From Acinetobacter phage vB_AbaM_D22: 32,000 nt of DNA. The DNA is taken from the sequence record MT188223.1. The stretch is one strand, 5' to 3'. The translations under genes and the position numbers were made by a program. The notes under the pieces are model-generated. The model made no database searches and was not told the DNA's origin. It saw only the letters and a program-made list of their open reading frames with translations. Within the stretch, counting starts at the first letter, position 1; each line of letters opens with the position of its first letter. This document shows, in pieces, positions 6,045 to 12,121 of this stretch.

Positions 6045-6312
6045 AATGTTCGTAGCGGATTGACGTAAATGATCGGGTAGCTCCTGTGACTGAGAAGTCT
6101 ATGATATGGTAAGCCTAGCTTCCCTGCGAAAGTAGTGCGTGGTGTACAACACAAGCGAACTGGTGTAAGGACTACCCAGACATTGCATATAATTTGTGAT
6201 GTGAAAGTCCTGATAGAATTTTAAGAATAGGTCAAAGACTTCCAAACACTCTGTTGAGATGTTAGAGAAGCAAACGGAGCTGAGTACCTATCTCACATAA
6301 TAGCTCCCTTTT
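6045..6312 (+). ncRNA. candidate structured non-coding RNA (268-nt ORF-free spacer)
   Basis: Long-range helix GGGTAG(C)TCC (about 6073) with GGACTACCC (about 6170). A GAAA tetraloop hairpin CTGC-GAAA-GTAG is present. A 3' hairpin GGAGCT...AGCTCC lies just before tRNA-Thr. Confidence 0.35.
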
Positions 6313-6386
6313 GCTGGTATCGTATAGTGGTATTACGCTGGTCTTGTAATCCAGTCACGGCGATTCGATTTCGTCTACCAGCACCA
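6313..6386 (+). tRNA. tRNA-Thr(UGU)
   Basis: Acceptor GCTGGTA/TACCAGC, D arm GTA..TAC, loop CTTGTAA, T arm GGCGA/TTCGATT/TCGTC, ACCA end. Confidence 0.85.
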
Positions 6387-6415
6387 AGATTTGTAGTAAA
6401 CTTTAGAGGTTGTAA

Positions 6416-6730
6416 ATGGAACATTTAGCACATGGTAATTTCATCTTAGTTGAAGATACTGAGAATGAACAAGTAACAGCTGGTGGCATTGTCCTACCAT
6501 CTGAGTCGAAAGAACAGGAAGCATCAAAACGATCTGTAGTCATTTCTGTTTCAGAAAAGCTTGATCGACAATTTGAAGATATGGACTATCGATTTAAAGT
6601 TAAAGTAGGTGACATCATCTACCGTCGATACTTCTCTGGTAATATGATTAAAACCAAAGATGGTCGAGATTTAGTTGCACTTCATATTGATGATGTGTTA
6701 TCTAAAGAAGTTGAAAGTTTTAAGGGTTGA
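6416..6730 (+). CDS. groES: GroES/Cpn10-type co-chaperonin (functional analogue of phage T4 gp31)
   Basis: 104 aa with an AGAGG SD. The GroES pattern is visible: ILV...TAGGIVLP (mobile loop) ... VKVGDII ... G ... LVALHIDDVL. Confidence 0.8.
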   Translation: MEHLAHGNFILVEDTENEQVTAGGIVLPSESKEQEASKRSVVISVSEKLDRQFEDMDYRFKVKVGDIIYRRYFSGNMIKTKDGRDLVALHIDDVLSKEVESFKG

Positions 6731-6794
6731 CCGCTGGGCGGTGACGAGGCTCCAAACCTTATCTTGCTACGTTCGATTCGTAGTCGATCTGCCA
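6724..6794 (+). tRNA. tRNA-Trp(CCA)-like with a shortened D region
   Basis: Acceptor GGGTTGA/TCGATCT (three G-U pairs), loop CTCCAAA, T arm CTACG/TTCGATT/CGTAG, GCCA end. Only 14 nt lie between the acceptor and anticodon stems. Its 5' end overlaps the groES stop codon. Confidence 0.35.
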
Positions 6795-6800
6795 ATTAAG

Positions 6801-6840
6801 TCCCACCTCACATAATTGTCGCTGGTGGGATATTATTTTA
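6801..6840 (+). terminator. terminator-like hairpin
   Basis: TCCCACC (6801-6807) pairs with GGTGGGA (6824-6830) and is followed by TATTATTTT. The 16-nt loop is large. Confidence 0.35.
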
Positions 6841-6938
6841 AGCGTTGCATCGTTTAAAGCGTCTGGGAATGACCACTGATTCAAGCCATCCCATTGACAA
6901 GGTTTATTAGTTTGTACCTACTGAAACAAACTCACAAT

Positions 6939-7014
6939 TGGAGTGTGGTGTAGTTGGTTAGCACATGAGACTTTGACTCTCAGAGATTCGGTTCGAACCC
7001 GAACATTCCTTCCA
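6939..7014 (+). tRNA. tRNA-Gln(UUG)
   Basis: It starts with U1 and an unpaired 1-72, recalling the weak 1-72 pair of bacterial Gln. D arm GTGT..GCAC, anticodon arm TGAGA/CTTTGAC/TCTCA, T arm TTCGG/TTCGAAC/CCGAA, CCA end. Confidence 0.8.
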
Positions 7015-7018
7015 TTTT

Positions 7019-7101
7019 AAAGATATGTAATCTTGCTCCCGTAGACAGCTAACAATCTCACCTGATGTAGCTTAGGAGAGTGGTGAGGATTACATATCTT
7101 T
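7019..7101. repeat. perfect 14-bp inverted repeat enclosing a 55-nt structured insert between tRNA-Gln and tRNA-His
   Basis: AAAGATATGTAATC (7019-7032) is the reverse complement of 7088-7101. Inner pairings include CTCACC/GGTGAG and AGCTA/TAGCT. Confidence 0.75.
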
Positions 7102-7106
7102 GTGAT

Positions 7107-7183
7107 GGTGGTCATGGTGTAATTGGTTAGCACCGCGATTTGTGATGTCGTTAGTCTGAGTTCAAGTCTCAGTGATCACACCA
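7107..7183 (+). tRNA. tRNA-His(GUG) with an encoded G-1
   Basis: G-1 precedes acceptor GTGGTCA/TGATCAC. Anticodon arm GCGAT/TTGTGAT/GTCGT, T arm CTGAG/TTCAAGT/CTCAG, ACCA end. Confidence 0.85.
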
Positions 7184-7185
7184 AT

Positions 7186-7262
7186 AGGACGTTAGCTTAG
7201 AGGCTTAAAGCAACTGGCTTTTAACCAGAAGATCATAGGTTCAAATCCTATACGTCCTACCA
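7186..7262 (+). tRNA. tRNA-Lys(UUU)
   Basis: Acceptor AGGACGT/ACGTCCT, D arm GCTT..AAGC, loop CTTTTAA, T arm ATAGG/TTCAAAT/CCTAT, ACCA end. Confidence 0.85.
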
Positions 7263-7266
7263 CAAT

Positions 7267-7332
7267 GCGTGATTGGTATTATGTCTGGCTTCCACCCAGA
7301 AGACGAGAGTTCGATTCCCTCATCCCGCACCA
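7267..7332 (+). tRNA. tRNA-Gly(UCC)-like with a deleted D arm (66 nt; possible pseudogene or non-canonical tRNA)
   Basis: Acceptor GCGTGAT/ATCCCGC (one mismatch), anticodon arm TCTGG/CTTCCAC/CCAGA, T loop TTCGATT, ACCA end. Only 10 nt lie between the acceptor and anticodon stems. Confidence 0.5.
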
Positions 7333-7338
7333 AATTCT

Positions 7339-7414
7339 GTTCTATTCGTCTAGTCGGTAAGGACGCTTCCCTTTCAAGGAAGAAACACGAGTTCGAGTCT
7401 CGTATAGAATACCA
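7339..7414 (+). tRNA. tRNA-Glu(UUC)
   Basis: Acceptor GTTCTAT/ATAGAAT, D arm GTCT..GGAC, anticodon arm CTTCC/CTTTCAA/GGAAG, T arm ACGAG/TTCGAGT/CTCGT, ACCA end. Confidence 0.85.
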
Positions 7415-7477
7415 AATTATTAAGAGAAGTTATCGGTTATATCGACGGGTAGTACAATGCATTAGATAGGCGCGTTA

Positions 7478-7492
7478 TGGGTTCGTTACCCA
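7478..7492 (+). pseudogene. isolated T-arm-like hairpin (tRNA remnant)
   Basis: TGGG/TTCGTTA/CCCA. No acceptor or anticodon arm could be built around it. Confidence 0.3.
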
Positions 7493-7580
7493 CAGGTGAA
7501 TGTACACTATGCTGAAATTCTAGATTGCTGATGTTATTGTTTTGGATTTGATAGCTTCATCTTAATAATTTATTTTAGGG

Positions 7581-7655
7581 ATGTCATAATCTAAAGGGAC
7601 GAAGTGCTGGCTTGCAAACCCAGAATAGTGAGTTCGAGTCTCACATGACATTCCA
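7581..7655 (+). tRNA. tRNA-Cys(GCA)-like
   Basis: Acceptor ATGTCAT/ATGACAT, loop TTGCAAA (with a C-C mismatch closing the stem), T arm GTGAG/TTCGAGT/CTCAC, TCCA end. D-arm pairing is weak. The acceptor helix continues into the flanks (7567-7580 pairs with 7653-7665). Confidence 0.6.
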
Positions 7656-7668
7656 AAATAAATTGGCA

Positions 7669-7694
7669 TGGGATACTAGCCCAGTCTGGCCCCA
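7669..7694 (+). pseudogene. 3' half-tRNA (T arm, 3' acceptor strand and CCA) with no 5' partner
   Basis: TGGG/ATACTAG/CCCA, then GTCTGGC, C, CCA. The T arm resembles that of the tRNA at 7737-7814 (GTGGG/ATCGTAG/CCCAC). Confidence 0.35.
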
Positions 7695-7736
7695 ATGCGA
7701 CAGCCTTAGAGCTTACTGGTGGTATTAAAGTACAAT

Positions 7737-7814
7737 GTACAGGTGACGGGAACTGGCATACCTATCACGCTTAGAACGTGGTGTTTGTGGGATCGTAGCC
7801 CACCCTGTACACCA
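7737..7814 (+). tRNA. tRNA with a UAG anticodon (Leu by code) but a short class-I variable region
   Basis: Acceptor GTACAGG/CCTGTAC, anticodon arm TCACG/CTTAGAA/CGTGG, 5-nt variable loop, T arm GTGGG/ATCGTAG/CCCAC, ACCA end. Confidence 0.5.
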
Positions 7815-7827
7815 AATTGAGGTGACT

Positions 7828-8058
7828 ATGTTAGATGATATTTTATCTGAAGGTGTTGAAAGTGTTAATCATTTTGGCCTTGGCAACCTAATGTTTAAGA
7901 CATCTAAACGTAGTTATTGCCTAAACTTACATAAGAAATACTTAATGCGTTTTGTTATTAACGACTCACTTGGTTTAAATGATGAGTGGTTTGACAGTAC
8001 TGAGGTTTTAAGTCCAACGGACTATGAGAAATTAATTGAGGTTTTAAAATGTATGTAA
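7828..8058 (+). CDS. hypothetical protein (76 aa)
   Basis: Track ORF 7822..8058. The ATG at 7828 directly follows a GAGGTG SD. Confidence 0.65.
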   Translation: MLDDILSEGVESVNHFGLGNLMFKTSKRSYCLNLHKKYLMRFVINDSLGLNDEWFDSTEVLSPTDYEKLIEVLKCM

Positions 8059-8348
8059 TTCATTTCGCTCATCAAGTAGATGGGCATAAGCGGTTTATCG
8101 ACCCTATCTTCATGCAAGCATTAGAACCTAATGACTTCTACGAGATGAGGGGTTGGTTTACACGTATCACAAATTCACTCTTTGGTTATAGTGATGAGAA
8201 AGCCTCTAAAACTCTTCTTGACATGATGGCCCCAGAGAATATCAAAATCAATAGTTGGATCAGTATTACATCACCAGATGATGTATCGACATTAGTCTAC
8301 TGTATTCGACATGTCCCAGAAAAAGCTACATTCCCTAGAGGTGCATAA
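8049..8348 (+). CDS. hypothetical protein (99 aa)
   Basis: The ORF overlaps the previous stop by 10 nt, suggesting translational coupling. Confidence 0.65.
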   Translation: MYVIHFAHQVDGHKRFIDPIFMQALEPNDFYEMRGWFTRITNSLFGYSDEKASKTLLDMMAPENIKINSWISITSPDDVSTLVYCIRHVPEKATFPRGA

Positions 8349-8603
8349 TTGATTAAAAATAAACTTATTAAGTTTGGAGCATCTTGGTGTGCTCCTTGTA
8401 AATCTGCAAGTAAATTCCTTTCCCAATTTGATTCCGATAAATACGTAGAAATCGACACCACTGCTGATGAAGATACAGCTGCTAAATTTGGAATTAAACA
8501 AATCCCCACATTCGTTCTAGTGAATGTCAATGGTGATGAGGTGGACCGATTCAACGGATTCAACCCAGCACTGATCAAACAAGCAATCGAAAAAGTTAAA
8601 TAA
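8349..8603 (+). CDS. short thioredoxin-fold protein (WCAPC active site)
   Basis: 84 aa. It reads KFGASWCAPCK ... IKQIPTFVLV (the conserved cis-Pro region). It has a TTG start immediately after the preceding TAA. Confidence 0.8.
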   Translation: MIKNKLIKFGASWCAPCKSASKFLSQFDSDKYVEIDTTADEDTAAKFGIKQIPTFVLVNVNGDEVDRFNGFNPALIKQAIEKVK

Positions 8604-8614
8604 AGTTTTACCTC

Positions 8615-8640
8615 AAAGCCCTACGGGGCTTTCTTTTTTA
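8615..8640 (+). terminator. rho-independent terminator
   Basis: AAAGCCC-TACG-GGGCTTT forms a 7-bp stem with a UNCG-type tetraloop, followed by CTTTTTTT. Confidence 0.85.
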
Positions 8641-8695
8641 AATTTTAAATGATGCAAATAATGGTGTTTGTATCCTTTAGAATTTAGGAGTTATT

Positions 8696-9070
8696 ATGAG
8701 AAGAAAGGACCCCAATGCGGAGTTCTTACGAACTTTTGATAAAGAATTAATGAAGAAGGCTGTCACCAAAGTCGCTGAAGTTTTAGATGACCCTCTGGCA
8801 AAGAGAACTGAAATTCTAAACGCTGCTGACAAGATTATCAAATTTAAATTCATCTTCCAAGATGCAGTTCGTAAAGCTGCACTAGATCAAATTGAGTTTG
8901 AAAGTAGACAGCTTAAACTTGAAGAACAACAGATTAAGATGGAGTTGCTGAGAGGCGCTGCTGATCCAAATGCTACACCTGAGAGTAGAAAAGCCTATTC
9001 AGAGGTGTTTGATCCAAATGATAAGCCTGAAGGTTACTACGATCCTGATCCTGATTTAGAGGAGGGATAA
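8696..9070 (+). CDS. putative terminase small subunit (assigned by position)
   Basis: 124 aa with an AGGAG SD. It sits immediately upstream of, and is coupled to, the large terminase gene. No motif was recognised. Confidence 0.4.
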   Translation: MRRKDPNAEFLRTFDKELMKKAVTKVAEVLDDPLAKRTEILNAADKIIKFKFIFQDAVRKAALDQIEFESRQLKLEEQQIKMELLRGAADPNATPESRKAYSEVFDPNDKPEGYYDPDPDLEEG

Positions 9071-9071
9071 T

Positions 9072-10619
9072 ATGAGAACTCCAAAGGGTAAGGTGGTTGA
9101 GACAACAACAGCTGAAGCAAAAGAGCTATGTTTACCTAAGAGTAAAAAGCACTATGACTTCGTTTGGTCTGATGCCGATATCACAGTATTTGGTGGAGCT
9201 GCTGGTTCTGGTAAGACATGGCAAGGGTTATGTAGATTCTTACAATTTGCAAACGAACCCCTCTACCGTGGATATGTAATTCGTAAAACACAGGCATCCT
9301 TGAAACTGGGTGCTTTCGATACCGCTATCCGATTATTCTCAGCTTGGGACCCAAGGGTTAAGATCAACAGAGTTGACATGACCATTAAGTTCCCATCTGG
9401 GGCAATCATCATCTTTAAAGGGCTTGATGGTCAAGCTTCTATTGAGTACTTCCAAGGTCAAGAGATTTCTGGAGCGTTAGTCGATGAAGCAACACACATC
9501 AAGTATGACGAGATTTCATGGTTAATGACTCGTCTACGTACAAACGCTGCTATTAAACCTTCTGTTTGGTTTACATGTAACCCTGACCCAGATCACTTTA
9601 TTGCTGAGTGGGTTGATCCTTACTTGTATCCAAAGAATACATACAAAACTATCAATGGTCATTTAATTGATGTTGGTGGTCGTGTGAATCCAAAGGGTAA
9701 TGGCCGTAAGCGTTGGTACTATGTAATTGGTGGACAATGGTACTGGAGAGATTCAAGAGAGCAATTGATTGAAGACTTCAAACACATGATCACCGATCCA
9801 AACCAAGTTCCGATGTCATTCAGATTTATTGGAGCAACATGTGACGATAACCCAATCCTATTGAGGGATCAGCCAAGTTATAAATCACAGCTACTCAACA
9901 AGACAAAAGTTGAAGCTGAACGACTTGTATATGGTAACTGGTTCATTCGAGAGGAAGGTGCTGGTTATTGGAAACATGATTGGTGCAAGATGATTACAAG
10001 ATTCCCTACTGAAGAATATCCAGATGATAAGATCGAAAAGCGTGTTCGTTGTTGGGATTTAGCCTATACAGAACCTCACGATGCAAACCCTGACCCCGAT
10101 TACACAGCTTCAGTGCTGATGTCAAGGACTAAACAAGGTTTCTATATCGTTGAGCACGTAATTAGGGCCAGACGAAGAGCTGGTTCACTCTACAAGTATA
10201 TTGTGGATATTGCTAAAGCAGATTACAAACTGTATGGAGTTATCTCACAGTATATCCCTGAAGACCCTGCTGCTGGTAAGTTAACATATTCATTCATTAA
10301 AGACTACTGTCGTCAAAAAGGTGTCTTTGTATCTAAGGTAACTGGTAATAAGAAGAACAACAAGCTAGAACGTTTCAAAAACTTCGCAGCTGCTTCTGAA
10401 AACGGTTCTGTCCTTATTTACGATACTAAACACCTCAAGGGTCAAAAAATACCTGAGAGTCAAGATGACATGAACTGGAATGAATACTACTTCAACGAGC
10501 TTGAGGTATTTGACGGATCAAACAACGTAAGACATGACGATATGGTCGATGCCACCAGTGATGCTTTCAACACTTTATATAAGAGACGAAATATTCGTAA
10601 GAACGTTTCAATGTTTTAA
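9072..10619 (+). CDS. terL: terminase large subunit
   Basis: 515 aa. Walker A is FGGAAGSGKT and the Walker B-like motif is ALVDEAT. The C-terminal nuclease-like half ends in DDMVDA. It lies upstream of the portal gene. Confidence 0.9.
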   Translation: MRTPKGKVVETTTAEAKELCLPKSKKHYDFVWSDADITVFGGAAGSGKTWQGLCRFLQFANEPLYRGYVIRKTQASLKLGAFDTAIRLFSAWDPRVKINRVDMTIKFPSGAIIIFKGLDGQASIEYFQGQEISGALVDEATHIKYDEISWLMTRLRTNAAIKPSVWFTCNPDPDHFIAEWVDPYLYPKNTYKTINGHLIDVGGRVNPKGNGRKRWYYVIGGQWYWRDSREQLIEDFKHMITDPNQVPMSFRFIGATCDDNPILLRDQPSYKSQLLNKTKVEAERLVYGNWFIREEGAGYWKHDWCKMITRFPTEEYPDDKIEKRVRCWDLAYTEPHDANPDPDYTASVLMSRTKQGFYIVEHVIRARRRAGSLYKYIVDIAKADYKLYGVISQYIPEDPAAGKLTYSFIKDYCRQKGVFVSKVTGNKKNNKLERFKNFAAASENGSVLIYDTKHLKGQKIPESQDDMNWNEYYFNELEVFDGSNNVRHDDMVDATSDAFNTLYKRRNIRKNVSMF

Positions 10620-10630
10620 AGGAGTCTTTA

Positions 10631-12121
10631 ATGGCTAAAGGTCAAAAAGGAAAAAGTCAGAATACGAAAGTTACTAAGTCTGTTTCAAACGTAAAACCTG
10701 AAATTGGTAGCTTGGGTATCTCAATTGACTATCTCGCCATTTCTCGTGATGCTATTAAGGACTTAGCTTTCCCATATTCAATTAGCACATTTGAAGAAAT
10801 GTCGCGTAGTGCTGTAATCGCTGCTACACTAAGTGCTGTAAATACAATTGCAAGTAAGGTTGATTATTTTGTTGAACCATACGATGAATCAGCAACTCAT
10901 AAAGATCGTGCAAAGTTCTTAGAGGAATGTTTATTCAAGGATATGGAAGTTCCATTCAACCACGTTGTACGTGATGCCTTGACAATGACTAAATACGGAT
11001 TCTCTATTCTTGAGAAGGTTTACCGTTTTAGACGTAGAAATAAAGGAAGCTTGTATAATGATGGTCGTATCGGTATCAAATACCTTCCAATTCGCGCTCA
11101 GAGGTCCATCAGACGTTTTATTTACGATGATGATAATAGGATGCTCCAAAAGGTAGAACAGGTCGCTGTGGGCGTTAAGAAGGTCAGAATGACCACTAAT
11201 CCGATCTACATGGATCGTGACAGAATCTTACTGTTCCGTGTGAACCCTACTGGATTAAGTCCTTATGGTAACAGCCCATTAGCTGATGCTTATAAATCTT
11301 GGAGAGTCTTGGAGAAATTACAAGACATCGAAACAACAAGTGCTAACAGAAACTTAAATGGTATCCCTTACTTAAAGGCTCCTTCGGAAGTCTTAGAAGA
11401 GGACCCAGATGATCCAGAATCAGTTACACGTGTTCGTAAGATTCGCTCTGGTATGTCAGCAATCAGTTCTGGTGAGCAAAGTTATATCACAGTAGCTTCT
11501 GATCGATATGATGCCAACGAGGGTGGTGCTGCACAATATGAATTCAGTTTAGTGTCTGGATCAAGTTCACACCTTTCTGCACTGTCTGGAATTATTACTC
11601 GTTATAATAATGAGACATTCCAAACAATGTGTGCAGACGTATTGACATTAGATAATGGTCAAGGTGGTGGTTCAACAAGCCTTACATCAAACAAACAAAC
11701 AATGCTTGAATCATTCGTTCAAGCCCGTGTTCAAGAGTTCTTAGAAACTCTTAATAAAGACCTTATCCCAGACTTGTGGAGAAAGAATGGTTGGGATGAC
11801 ACAAAATGTCCTGTCATTAAGCACGGTCGAATTGAGAAGATTTCATTAGAAGTTCTTGCTAAAGCGATTCAACAGTTAATGGCTACAAACTCTATTCCAA
11901 TTACAGTTGAGAACATCAACTTCATTATGGAAACGTTTGGATTCCCGACTAGATTGCAATCTGACATGACAATGGAAGAGCTTAAAGAGTTATTAGGCTT
12001 TGAAGATGAAATGCAGAGCAAGTCTGGGGCTGGTATGAAACGTGGCACTACTGGTAATGGTACAGCTAAAACTGTTCCTAAACAGGATGCCAATGCAGCA
12101 AACAGGAGTAAAGATAACTAA
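10631..12121 (+). CDS. portal protein
   Basis: 496 aa, located between terL and the prohead protease. The size and acidic C-terminus are typical of portals. Confidence 0.8.
   Translation: MAKGQKGKSQNTKVTKSVSNVKPEIGSLGISIDYLAISRDAIKDLAFPYSISTFEEMSRSAVIAATLSAVNTIASKVDYFVEPYDESATHKDRAKFLEECLFKDMEVPFNHVVRDALTMTKYGFSILEKVYRFRRRNKGSLYNDGRIGIKYLPIRAQRSIRRFIYDDDNRMLQKVEQVAVGVKKVRMTTNPIYMDRDRILLFRVNPTGLSPYGNSPLADAYKSWRVLEKLQDIETTSANRNLNGIPYLKAPSEVLEEDPDDPESVTRVRKIRSGMSAISSGEQSYITVASDRYDANEGGAAQYEFSLVSGSSSHLSALSGIITRYNNETFQTMCADVLTLDNGQGGGSTSLTSNKQTMLESFVQARVQEFLETLNKDLIPDLWRKNGWDDTKCPVIKHGRIEKISLEVLAKAIQQLMATNSIPITVENINFIMETFGFPTRLQSDMTMEELKELLGFEDEMQSKSGAGMKRGTTGNGTAKTVPKQDANAANRSKDN

Noticed and set aside
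4036-7665. The repeated hairpins and spacers in the tRNA island could be a CRISPR-like array.
   Set aside because: There is no regularly spaced direct repeat of constant length. The repeats are inverted, differ in sequence and flank tRNA genes.
7737-7814. The tRNA with the TAG triplet in its anticodon loop could be an amber suppressor.
   Set aside because: An anticodon of 5'-UAG-3' reads CUA/CUN (Leu) codons. An amber suppressor would need the anticodon CUA, so this is not a stop-codon suppressor.
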